The position numbers were made by a program, and so were the translations under genes. A stretch of 64,000 nt of DNA from Octopus sinensis (Eukaryota): contig NC_042999.1 in NCBI RefSeq assembly GCF_006345805.1, forward strand, positions 92,504,001 to 92,568,000, written 5' to 3'. The notes beneath the pieces are model-generated. The model had not been told where the DNA came from, ran no database searches, and saw nothing but the letters and a program-made list of their open reading frames with translations. Below, piece after piece: positions 1 to 12,083 of the stretch (its first letter is position 1; each line of letters begins with the position of its first letter).

Positions 1-390
1 AAATATTTTTAGTCGATTGATATTATATTTTAATCTTAGTTTATTTAGTTTTTTAGTAGCATGACACGCTTTAGAATTTTTATGAATGTTTAGTCGTTAT
101 ATTTACCTTTTGGTAGGCCGTTCCATATATTTGTATTTTATTTGCATATATATATTTTTACTTTCTGCGTTTTTATGTATATGTATATTTTTATATGTTT
201 TAAGAACCATGGTAATACTTATATATGATCCAATGTTTGAGGTAAGGTGCTATATATAAAGTCGTTGACTCGAATTTGATCTATGATCAATGTTTCCTTA
301 TATTTGTCTTATTTACATTTGAGCACTTCTTTTTTGCAGTCCTTTAAACCCTTATGTGTCTATAAAAAAGACAAAAATTGATTCTTATCG

Positions 391-500
391 TATACATACA
401 TACATACATACATACATACATACATTCATACACACACACACAAACACACACACACACACACAACACACACACACACACACACAACACACACACACACATA
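391..500. repeat. (TACA)n/(CA)n microsatellite, representative of dozens of (TA)n, (CA)n, (GA)n and (TACA)n tracts in the window
   Basis: Direct reading of the sequence. Confidence 0.95.
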
Positions 501-640
501 TATGTAACTACATGTAGATCGTTGTCAATTTTTCCTCCATCTTCCTTTTGTCTTGAACTACATTTCCTTCCTTCCCTGAGCGTCTGTTAATACTTTGCAT
601 GTACCACGTGTGTGTGCCTATGTATGTATGTATATATCCT

Positions 641-703
<63 letters not shown>

Positions 704-852
704 TGTAAGAAGGTTGAATTTAGATTCCTCCTTTAATTTGGAGTTTTCCAAAAAAGATTTCTAATATTGATTCTTCATATTTTACTGGTAGTTTACAGGC
801 GTAAATTTTTGAATATGAAAATAACACTTTTATATGATGCGTTGTGAATTTA

Positions 853-1199
853 TGGAAAGAAATCCCATAAAACTCAACAATTTAGTTGAAAATGAAGAAG
901 AAAAGTTGTTAAAATACATAAGAGAATTTTAATTCATGCAGACGATCGTTTCGTACAGAGATATAAAAATAATGCAAATTCATGGTTGAATTGAATTAAA
1001 GTAAATCAATTAAATTAATTAATTATATATAAATTTGTTTACTAAATTTAATTTAATTCAATTCAACCATGAATTTGCATTATTTATATATCTCTGTATG
1101 AAACGATCGTCTGCATGAATTAAAATTCTCTTATATATTTTAACAAATTCTCTTCTCCATTTTTAACTAAATTGTTGAGTTTTAGTGGATTTCTTTCCA
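853..1199. repeat. Long inverted repeat (fold-back), arms 853-1000 and 1052-1199
   Basis: Two 148-bp arms are reverse complements with about 9 mismatches counted by eye; 51-bp AT spacer; each arm contains GAAACGATCGTC. Confidence 0.95.
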
Positions 1200-1221
1200 A
1201 AAATATATTTGGATATATATA

Positions 1222-1290
<69 letters not shown>

Positions 1291-3899
1291 GTGTGTGTGT
1301 GTGTGTGTGTGTGTGCGTGAGAGAGAGAGAGAAAAAGAGAGTGACAGAGAAAGAGAGAGAGAGAAAAGAGAGAGAGAGAGAGAGAGAATATGTATATGTC
1401 GCTTATATCTATTTTCTGATAAGCCTACCTGCTATTTGAGATACCAGTGACAGAAAGATCACTACTACTCTATGTATCGTTGGCAGTGACATTTTGCTGC
1501 TATGCAGCAATTGGACGCTTACAACTGAAGAAGCACCGCACGTTGAAATCAAGTGACCTGGCAGTCTCTGCAGCTGTGTAATACGGTTTTTGTCATTGCT
1601 TTTATCGACGTACTTATATAAAGGAACCTCCTAATCCGAATATTGCGGTATTCGGCGTTCTAATAATACATCCACATTAAGTTATAAAGATTGGTGCTCG
1701 GTATTTATTCTGCATCCGTCTTTAATACACATACACACACGCACACATACACACACAACACAATGCACATACTCACACATACACGCACACACACATATAT
1801 ATACATACACATATGTATTTACTTACATAGACATATACGATCTGGAGTACTCAATAACGTGTTGCAGTGTATTTAGTTTTTTTAAACTAAGTATCTTGTG
1901 ACGAGTTTGATTTTGCTGCGATCCTCAGTCGAAAACGATCCAATTTGGTCGTGCTCGTCATTTATTCCCGCTAGTGTAGTTATGATCTATTTTGGGGGTA
2001 AATTAATTTGTTTTGTTTTTGCCCTTTTATTCTAGCAGTTATTTTTGTATTTGGTGGTTTGCTATTTATTTTGTTTTGCGCCTTTTTCGTTCCTTGTTTT
2101 CTTTTTCTAATTAGAGGCTTGTAAAGTGATCTCATTTTCAAGTTGTTTCATTTATTACTAATAATTTTGTGTGGTAATAGCAAAATTTGTTATGAATTTG
2201 AAGTATGACCGGAACTGTCACTACGGATGTCAATGGTCTGACATCTTTGGATGTCGTCATGTAAATTCAGCTTTTAGTTGTTTGAAATTTTAGTTCATTA
2301 TCTTCTGTGAATAAATTTTCATTAACGCAGATTACTATTTTTCTCAGTATTAATATATTTTCCATTCTCTTGTGTTTTTCATTCGAGAGTTATCAATTCA
2401 AGTATTTTAGCATTTAATTCACTATATATTCTTTATGTAGAAGGCATTCTGTGGAAAATATCCATTATCAATATTTTAATTTCAGTGTTTTCACATTAAA
2501 AAAAATCTAATGAAATTTGTTTTGCTGAGATGTTGGCTATCTTGGAATAAACCATGCTTTACTAAAGATGTCCTACACTATCAGAATACAGCCTGAGTTC
2601 TCACCATGGAAAATGAAAATCGGACTAAATCACCTGCCTAACTGTCACCATTTAATTTTAATTTTTATTTGATCGAATCTTTGGGAGGTTTGTCTCTTGT
2701 GAGGACACATTTTTAATGTTTATTTTCTTAGGAATGTTATAATTGTACTAAAAAATTATTTTCGGCTCACTACCTCATTCTTTTAGCTTTCAATTTATGT
2801 AGTATCTTCATACTAAAGGTACTTTTGGAAACTTTTGCCAAACCATTGCCTAAACATTGAATGTTCACACTCGCACACAAACACAATCTCACTCTCACCC
2901 TCTCTTTTTCACTCTCTCTTCCACACACACGCGCACACACAAACAAACTAATCTTATTGATGTTTCTGAGATGTCAGATATTCAATGGAATATACGTTTG
3001 CTGGAGACGTCCATTACCACCGAAATATGTTCGGTTTTTCACCACAGTTAACAAGGATCAGAACTACTTGCTTTTATTCTGTATATTTCCATTCAATCGT
3101 AGTTTGTGTGTGATTGAAATTTCGAGAGATCCCCCACCTGCCCCTATTGAAAAAAAAATTTCATTGGTTCTATTGACTATTGTATAATTTTCAATTGATG
3201 AAAACTTATTTTTGCTTTACCATATCAAGAATCTTGCGCTGAACTTAACCATAGGCTCTTCATGCTGAAGGCAGCCTTGGATAACTTTCCAATATCGACA
3301 TTTTAATTGGCTTAATCAGTTAATGCTTGTCAGGCTAAAAACTAATCTTATTTGTCAGTTTGAGATCTTCACAGCAGTCATTGCCTTAGATTATACTTCT
3401 CTACGGAGCTCCGATACAGATCTGATGTTGTCATCATGGCTGCCAAATATCTCACTCACGGTTTGTTTGCATTTAAATATGTAATTTATATTTGATTGAA
3501 ACTAAAGTTCTCTACATCATCACTTCTCACAATAAAGATCTTTTAAAACCAATTACTATTTTCCTCGTCAGGGTTATATCTTCAATTAATTAGAGTAGCA
3601 ATTATATCATGTGTCACCGTTACTTATTCGTTGATGATAGAACATTCAATTTACCTTGAATTATTAGAATTATTCCGTCAAATTTGTATCGATTCAGTTC
3701 TGAATTTGGCCAGGCCAGTCAGAGTTACATCGTGTATTAATTTCCTCCCCACTAAATCTTCGAGAAACTACGAATGGATTTTGGATTCAAACAAAGATTA
3801 TGTATATACATGTGGATTAGACTATTCTTGTCCTGGTTAAACATACATTGTTCTTTGCCTAAAGACACAGAATATAATGCTTCTACAATTTCTGAAGCA

Positions 3900-4570
3900 T
3901 TCCATTTGGAAGAGGAAAAAAATAGTATTGGTCACCGTGACATTGTTTTACGTGGAGGTGATCAAGGGTTACAGGGAATTGTATTGTCGGTAGCTATTGT
4001 AAAGTTGAAACATGATGGCTCGTATGTTTTTCAAAGAATCAACGGGAACTAAAAGGAAAATGTTACCAAGGCTTCTTAGACTAAATGCAGAGTGACAACC
4101 CAAATGGCTGATTTAGTAGCGATGGTGCTCTTTCATAATGTTTCAAAATGAGATCTAAGTTCTGGAAAAGAACAAAACAAAAACTCGATGCTGTTATATA
4201 TAGATTTCGTACATGAGGAACAACTACTCACAAAAGTATTGATTCCTGAGATGATGAAGATAATCTATATAGTTATCCAATGCTGAACCTGATCAGTGGA
4301 AACTTTGATAAACTGCTCCAAAGCCATATTTTAATCTAAACAAAGGGAGGTATTGTAGAGCTATTGGAAAATTTAAATATGGTTAATTGACTTAGTAATG
4401 GAACAAGAATTCGAATAACGCATCTACACAAATTACACGGACACATCATAGGTAGTGATATCGTTACAAAAATAGAACAATAGAAAACGAGGCATTGTAT
4501 CAGTAATTAAACTGAGACATTAAGGCACCAATCTAGCATTCGTCTATCATGCTATTAACATTCGGAGACA
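3900..4570 (+). mobile_element. Degenerate Helitron PIF1-type helicase relic
   Basis: The frame starting at 4265 reads ...LLQSHILI*TKGGIVELLENLNMVN*LSNGTRIRITHL, matching the Helitron helicase motif PHxLxLKxGxxVMLLRNLNxxxGLCNGTRL; a weaker RQFPIRL-like trace lies near 4520-4570. Confidence 0.65.
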
Positions 4571-4857
4571 TTAGGAAGAAGTCTTCATTGAATTCTTTAC
4601 AAAAATTTTTCTATCAAATTGCTTAAAACTTAAGAAAAACTTTATGCGTATCTGTGTAAATGTGTGTATATGTGTGTGTGTGCGTACGCACGCGCCTGTA
4701 ATTGTATGTGTGTGTGCGTGCTTGCGTGCATGTGTGTGCGTGTGAGTATGTGTGTGTGTGTATCTCTGTCTCTGTCTGTCTCCGTCTACACACACAAACG
4801 CATACACATATACACGCATATACACACGCATAAACACACACACACACACGCATAAAC

Positions 4858-4899
<42 letters not shown>

Positions 4900-5254
4900 A
4901 GAATCAACAGGCGATATACAGGGGTGCTCAATATAGAAAACACTTTGTAATACTCATGATTTGAACATGTAATCCTAAATCTTTATCGAAAATTGAGTCT
5001 GTGAAGTAAAGAGTGGCTATAAATGGAATCCAGTTGAGCAGATATACATAATGATGCAAATAAACAAATAAACACGTTTGAGTTTGATATATAAAATATT
5101 CGTACATATATACATTTAAAACGTATAGGGTGTATATATGTATGAATATTTAACTGAAATTATTCATTAGATGAACGTTTATGTATAAGGATATATATAT
5201 ATATATTTATAACATGGAATACAAAAGATATAGAAAACTATGGGGAGAGAGCAT

Positions 5255-6120
5255 GGTATTTCAGGTCCGACAGCTGTTTCTGGGGCTCGAAATTACGTAA
5301 TAGTTGTAATGTTGGCCGGTGGACTGCACAAAAATTAAGAATATGCAGCCAGTAGAGGATGCATATAAACATAACTGCAAAACCGGTCTTCGTTTCCATG
5401 GAAGAGGGACTGGCATCTAATGTTTCAGATCATAAAAGCAAGGAATTTATGGATAGAATGGATGAAAAAGAAAGCACATAGAAGTAGGTGTAAGGAAGAA
5501 ATAGGCGATTGATGAGAGTGTGGAAGTAGAGGAAGGGCAAGAAAATATAGGAGAGGCTGAAAAGATTGAAAGAAGTCGTGAGTCTAGAGGAGAGAGGGAA
5601 GTGGCGGGATGGGCAATATTGTGAATTGTGGCGTCATTGTTGGGTTTGACAATAGATGTTATTAATGAGGTATGGTGGAGGTACTATGAGAGATGGGAGG
5701 GGCAGGTGCTGATATAAAGGGGAGGAAACTTATTATAGATGGGGGCAGGAAGGAAACGAAGACACTTGAAGAATGAAAGTCGGCTGGTGGGAGGGGGATA
5801 ATACTGTAGTAGGTAGAAAATTATGCGAGTAAATAGAGGTAAATGGCCAGAGAGGGAGAAAGGGAGGGATAGGTTGGTAGCAATGCCAAGGGGTGAGTAG
5901 TGTTAAGTGACTCTGGTTGAGGATGAAGCTCGGAAGAGTTGGGGAAGGAATTCAAATAGGGTAGCGGTATAGGAGGATGTGCTAGTTAGTGGAACGTGCG
6001 AAGAGAATCGATATATATATATACATGCACATACAGAAGTACAAATAAATGTTACAAACCTCATTAAGGGATAGCAAAATTCTCTGAAAGTACTGGTTAG
6101 CACTGTTGAACATTGCAGTT
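5255..6120 (-). mobile_element. Pyrimidine-rich (minus strand) block, possibly PLE pseudo-LTR derived
   Basis: Strong purine skew on the plus strand; ends on minus in GAAACAGCTGTC (a hammerhead 3' half) near 5270-5282; lies next to PLE relics. Confidence 0.3.
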
Positions 6121-6184
6121 AATACTCAACTGCAAGGTAACTATATAAGCCGTAGTTTATATATTTATTTATTATAATAAGATA

Positions 6185-7161
6185 AGGTAATTAATAAATT
6201 ATCATTTATTAATTAAAAAAACTGATGTGCATTCCTTACAGCTGTTTCAATTCCAGACCTGAATTGACCCATATTTAAGACTTTATTATTTATTTTATTA
6301 GCATATACTAATTCCCTAGAATTATTATTTATTTATTTATTCATGTTATATACAATATCTCTTTACCTGAGCCTCTTAGCATATTTACGTCCTGTATCTC
6401 ACCAAGGGAACGCTACATATCTGAAATTTAAAATTTTTGTCCATTAGTCCTTTATCTTTATTAGTCAAGCTCAATAATAATTTTTTTAAGGGTGAAAGGT
6501 AAATCTTGTAAGTCTTTATTCATTTATTTTTTTCTCTATCTATTTTACTCTTTACTCTCAATATTTTGTTTTGTTTATTTTACTTTATTCTTGTTTTTAT
6601 TTTATAATTTTTATGTATCCTAATATTAAGTTAATATTCTTATTAGTCTTTTAACCTTTTCGATATTACAATAGTAATAGATTGCCTGAATTATCTTCCA
6701 CCTTAATTAGATTTTAAATATTAATAACAACTATACATACTTGCATTAAACTCCAAATACTAATTTTCTATTGATTTAATACGGATGGACATAATATCAC
6801 AATATGACATTTTTACCATTTATATCTACTTATATAAATTTTCGTATACTTAACACTTATATTGTTATATTCTTACTTTACAAACCCAGTATGCACAACC
6901 TTACTCCTCTTCTAAGGTCTAGACCATGTTTTATACTATGTTCTTTATGTATAAATTTTATCAGTTAACGTTTTGCCGCCATTTACTCAACATGCAGGAA
7001 TTAAATACCTATTTTGTATATCTTAAACTACCTCTGAAAAGATTCGACTTTCGAATAATTTTTAACTTTATTAATTAATTTTCTGAAGGTCTGGAATTGA
7101 AACAGCTATAAGGGATGTTTGTCACTCTTTTAATTAATAAATAATAATTTATTAATTACCT
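6185..7161. repeat. Inverted pair of PLE pseudo-LTR ends (6185-6260 minus, 7087-7161 plus)
   Basis: AGGTCTGGAATTGAAACAGCT(G/A)TAAGG...TTAATTAATAAAT..TAATTTATTAATTACCT is present in both orientations. Confidence 0.85.
7031..7113 (+). ncRNA. Decayed type I hammerhead ribozyme motif
   Basis: CCU-CUGAAAA-GAUUC...GAAUU-GAAAC-AGCU-AUA-AGG; two substitutions from canonical (core G8 and triplet GUA to AUA); the inverted copy near 6235-6250 retains GUA. Confidence 0.5.
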
Positions 7162-7384
7162 CTTTATTTTCTACACACACACGCACATACACACACGCAC
7201 AAACACACACACACACACACACAGATATATTGAAGAGGAGGTATAAGTAGAAGGGATATTCTATTAGCACGGCTAAGTTGTAATTTACAGTTCTATCGTA
7301 ATTAAGGGGCTTATATTGACATTACGTAATGGGAAAACGTTGAATAAAAATGTGTTGTTTTTTTTTACATGAAACCATTTGTTT

Positions 7385-8500
7385 TCACATCTGAGAATCT
7401 ATTGAGTAATGAGGGACTGTGGTAGCAGAGGATGGCGGGTGGTTCCCTTAAGCAATTTACAAACTCTGAGGTTAGTGTTATACAGGTGAGACATGCAAAT
7501 AATAGACCAGGATAGGTGTAGGGAATACTTTGGGACCCGAAGTTGTGTATGCAAGTTACCAGAGAGGCAGATAGATTTGCGGTTCGATTAGAGAAAAAAT
7601 TCTAGTGTGCTCGAAAGCAGTACTTGAAATCCACTGTGCCGCAAATGTAGACCCGTGCCTGATGGTGACGTGGAGTTATTACCTGGCATATAAAGATTAG
7701 ATTATTGCGTAGGCAGAAACCTTCGAGCAGACATAGTTGGGAGACCGAACAATTGTAGGTTTTCCTACCAGCTCTGAAGCTGGAATTAATCCCTGCAGTA
7801 GTGTGGTTCGGATGAACAGTTTCTTCCAAAATAGTACGGGAGGTATTAGCCTAGGAGGGTGTGTCACTACTGTTCTAAGTGGTCATATTGGACGTAGTAT
7901 GGGAAAAACACCTTATAGTTCGTGTCATTGATCGGGTATAGTTTCTAAGCATTGTATTATTGCTATGTGGTGGGTTGAGGTGAGACTCAGGGTGATAGAC
8001 CGTAGGGTCTATCGCCTGGTGGGGAAGATTGTGAGGTAGTTATTGATCCTAAGTTAGGCGTAGTGAAGTAGGCGATTTTAGCAGGTTTGTTTAGGGTATC
8101 ATTTATGTTGTGGTGGGAAATTGGAGTATATAATTTTTAAGAAAAGCTTAGGTAGGGATTTAACTTGAAGGGAGAAAGATGGCGCGAGCCATAGGATCTA
8201 CTGCTTCCTATTCGTAGCGGGCTTAAATTGCGGAGGTATTAAGGGTGGGTCCATGAGGATGGTTGAGGTCATTATACATTCGAGGTTTCCAGGGAGGCGA
8301 GCGAATGCAGTGTGTTTTTTTGGGGATGGTTTACTTGTGGACTGATGGAGTGTGGATGGTTGGAAGTAAGTCTGGTGCGCCAGGGTCTGTATTAAGAAAG
8401 AGAAGTGTGAGTTTTGCTATTGGTTTAGTGTTGAGTACATAGATCTTTTTGCGGAAACCACTGATCTACAGAGCTTGGATATAATACAGGACGTGTGGTA
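7385..8500 (-). mobile_element. Penelope-like element relic, C-terminal linker and GIY-YIG endonuclease
   Basis: Minus-strand translation gives KLFLKIIYSNFPPQHK, IAYFTTPNLGSI and YNCSVSQLCLLEGFCLRNNLIFICQV...RVYICGTVDFKYCFRAH, matching the PLE consensus CNC..CPL.G.CL..N.IY.A.V...YIG.T..FK.R..H. Confidence 0.8.
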
Positions 8501-8809
8501 CACTCCTCCCACGTGACGAATGAAATAACCTATTCACTATAAGTAAAGTACGTGAAGTACCAAGCTCAGCCATCCAACCGGAATAGTGTATTAAACGGTG
8601 GAAAGCGGGCCAGTCACAGGTAACTTATACGTGATATGTATAAATATTTATTTATAATTTTATTAATTTTAAATCGAAATTTTAAAAGTCGAAATTAATT
8701 TTTATCGGAATTTTATAAAAAAGGAAAATACGAACTCATGTTTTGTCTATCCTTCTACTGTCCCTCTTCGTTATGCCCAGTATGAAAAACAAAGTACGTA
8801 GTAGGCAGT

Positions 8810-9656
8810 GTGGTGTGTTCGCTTTCATGTTGCAGTCTGTTATAATATTATTATCTCAGGTTTGTTGTTGAATTGCCATTGATTTTGTTGGAGGTTTTCC
8901 CTTTTGGGATTACTTTTGTTTTAAAAATTGTTTAAAGACTGTTAGTGTCAACAATCCAGGCCACACCAATAGATTTTGATAGCATACCGGAGTTTGTCAT
9001 CCTTCCGGATGATACGAGAGTGAACGTCGCTGTTCAGGGCAGAGTACCAAAGTGTTTCAGGTGTGGGTAAAAGGGACACTCAAGGAAAACGTATCCCCAG
9101 GGCCTACAACCTGAAGCACAGGGAGAAAGCCAGAGGGAGGGCAGTATGCAGCAGCAGAGAATGGAAGAGGAGGAGAAGCAACAGCAGGAGATGGTTGAAG
9201 GAGGGACAGTCACGACGGAAGAAGCAGCACTGTTGACAATTTCTATAAAGTAAGTGACGTTGAATGGCAGGTGTCTGGGAGGAAGAGAAAAAGAAAATTA
9301 CTCATTATTTTCACCATCCCAGAAACCAAAAAGCCAAAAATTACAAGACTTTACAAACAAGAACATACATGAGCATTTAACAGAAACAAACGAAAAGAAT
9401 TAAAGAAAAAAAATTAAAAACGCAAAAAACTGAGATGACTACAACAAGCAAAGTGAAAAAGAAAATTTTGATGATCTATGTTAGTTTTAAAAAACGTTCA
9501 ATGATGTTGCCTGGGTCGTGTGGCATGGGTGACCATCATTTCATCCTTTTCATTTATTAATCATACATTTTCTAATTCGACCTTTTCTTTTTTTTTTTCG
9601 ACCCCACATATAATGTCCCCTCTTTGTTTAGTCTCTTGTGAATAATTAAAAAATCT
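8810..9656 (+). mobile_element. Internally deleted L1/Tx1-like LINE derivative with ORF1 zinc-knuckle remnant
   Basis: 8936-9253 reads RLLVSTIQATPIDFDSIPEFVILPDDTRVNVAVQGRVPKCFRCG*KGHSRKTYP (a CX2CX4HX4C relic); A-rich 3' end; flanked by a perfect 16-bp direct repeat GTACGTAGTAGGCAGT at 8794-8809 and 9657-9672. Confidence 0.65.
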
Positions 9657-9856
9657 GTACGTAGTAGGCAGTCAGACATAGTCGCGTCTTTACTGGTTTA
9701 CTGTATACCGAAGTGGGTGCTGTAACAATCTAACATCTTAAGGATTATAACATATATGTATCTCTATTTATATTTTATATATCAAACCAAAGCATGTTTA
9801 TTTGTTTATTTGCCTAATTTCTCTTTCTTTCTATTTACGTATGTATGTATATATTC

Positions 9857-9895
<39 letters not shown>

Positions 9896-10140
9896 TATTG
9901 TAAGCATTGGCAGAAACATACTTTTAGTGCATATAAGTAGTCTCTATCATTATATATAGTTTAAACTTTAATTTCCTTTATATTTAACATTCACTATTAA
10001 TATCCCTACTCTTTCTGTTAGCTACTTATGACGTTATATCATATAACGTTTTTTTAAACAATATTAATAGCGTTCTGTCTATCGCTATACGAATCCATCA
10101 TTTTTTGCTAAAATGTCGTATTGACGAGTTTCGTTTTTTC

Positions 10141-10225
10141 ACTTTCCCGAAGAGAAGATTGCATTGTTTATACTTTTATTCTTTTGAATAGTACCAGTGG
10201 AATTTTCGAAACATATGTAGAAAGT
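10141..10225 (+). ncRNA. Near-canonical type I hammerhead ribozyme
   Basis: Stem I ACUUUC/GAAAGU; core CCGAAGA (U4C); stem II GAAGAUU/AAUUUUC; GAAAC-AUAU-GUA with palindromic stem III ACAUAUGU. Confidence 0.75.
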
Positions 10226-10264
10226 AAAAATACTTGTTTAAACCTGCGTTAACTCCATTTTTTA

Positions 10265-10300
<36 letters not shown>

Positions 10301-10303
<3 letters not shown>

Positions 10304-10355
10304 TTATTGAGTTAGTCATGGCCTGGGCCGATAATAGCCGAAACCAATCTACGTT
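10301..10355 (+). mobile_element. 55-bp 3'-terminal stub of the CR1/L2-group LINE family seen at 55831-56630
   Basis: GTGTTATTGAGTTAGTCATGGCCTGGGCC...GCCGAAACCAATCTA aligns to that LINE's tail GTGCTATTAAGTTACACATGGCCTGGACC...GGTCGAAACATATCTA; embedded in (TA)n. Confidence 0.65.
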
Positions 10356-10365
10356 ATATATACAC

Positions 10366-10419
<54 letters not shown>

Positions 10420-10993
10420 AGGAGAAAGAGAGAGAACAGGGCAGGCTGATATATAGACCTTGAAAAATAACTGTTTTCTTATATTTACAATCCGGCATTG
10501 CATTAAGTCAGATCATAACCCCGGCCAGTTGATAATTATAAATATGGCAATATACGCACATATTCTCATGTTTCAAGCGCAAATTCAACCACGATCGAAG
10601 TTACATTTCATTTAGATTGCTTAGGTATCCAAGATCATTGGATTTCTTATATCGACTTTATTGAATATATTTCTTATCTACTCAATTGAATTTGGTATAT
10701 AATAGTCCGTTCACTGATTGGACGAAGACAAAAAAAATATCTTAATGTATTTGCATCAAGATTACGCGTCTTTATCGAAATCGAAAATATACACGCAAAG
10801 ATACTCAAATCCACAGGCATGCTGACATACAGACACAACACCTGTGCATATGTAAGTTTGGTTTAAATAAACCTATACCAAATCAGTTATTGGCAAAAGA
10901 CAAGAAATGATTAAAAATAAAAATCATGAAGGCGAACAGCTGCAGACAATAATGCAACCTATTGAAATACACCAGCTTAGATTACGGAAGAAT

Positions 10994-11043
<50 letters not shown>

Positions 11044-12019
11044 GTCTCTCTCTCTTTCTCCACACACACACACACACACATACATGTATACATATATATT
11101 TATAAATACTTATGGGTGTATGAGTGTGCGATTTACGTATTCACATAGACTTTCATACTCGTATGTATTTATATCTCACTGTGTGTGTTTGTCTCTAAGT
11201 ATATCTATTTGTGTGCATATGTATTTATATATACAAGAACGAGGAAGTTTAATTATGTATTCTTTATATACTGTGACTTTCTTCATATAATTCTCAATCT
11301 GAAGTTCTTGTCATTACTCTTCGAAGATATTAATGTCTTTACTAAGTTCCTTACAAAGTCTTTCCATTAAATGATTTAAAACATGAGAAAAAATAGTTAA
11401 ATGTTTGCACATATAAGAGCAATAAAAACTCGCTGTATCACAGGCAACCAAACAACGTTAGTCAGAATAGTATCAGTGGATAATACATATAAACTATATG
11501 AAATTCTATACAAAAGTAGAGGATAAATAATGGAAGCAATACTCATATCGCAAATAATGCTTCAGTATACGCAAAAACAAACAACATATGCATCACAAAA
11601 TTGATAGAACCTTTGCACTCGAAGTATTGATGTAGTTAAACCCACGTAAAATGGAATACAATAAAACAAAATTAACACATGAATGCTGACGTGGTAGCCA
11701 ACCACTCTTAGGCGGTAAAGTCTACATAATTTCGACTAATATAAAAGATGTCAGAAGTCAAATCTATTTCATATTCTGGAGATGAGACTGTGAAGGTATG
11801 GAAACGGCGAGTATAGATAAAGAAACTTTATTGATCCAAGCAAAGTGCAAAAAAATTAATGTGTGCATATAAAGAAAACTGCAATAAAAAGATAACACTC
11901 CATAATAATCGTGTTTTTCATGCTATACACATATACATGCATATACATGTATATCTGTGTGTATGTTTCTATATATGAATATGAATGCACACACACACAC
12001 ATAAGACAGATACACACAG

Positions 12020-12082
<63 letters not shown>

Positions 12083-12083
<1 letters not shown>

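Noticed and set aside
1518-1560. CUGAAGAAGC...GUUGAAA hammerhead candidate
   Set aside because: No stem III, cleavage triplet or stem I partner
1896-1932. Minus-strand CUGAGGA...AAACUCGUC relic (similar relics near 44385-44450 and 59990-60045)
   Set aside because: Too decayed to call (missing G12 or core, stem I unpaired); noted only as probable PLE debris
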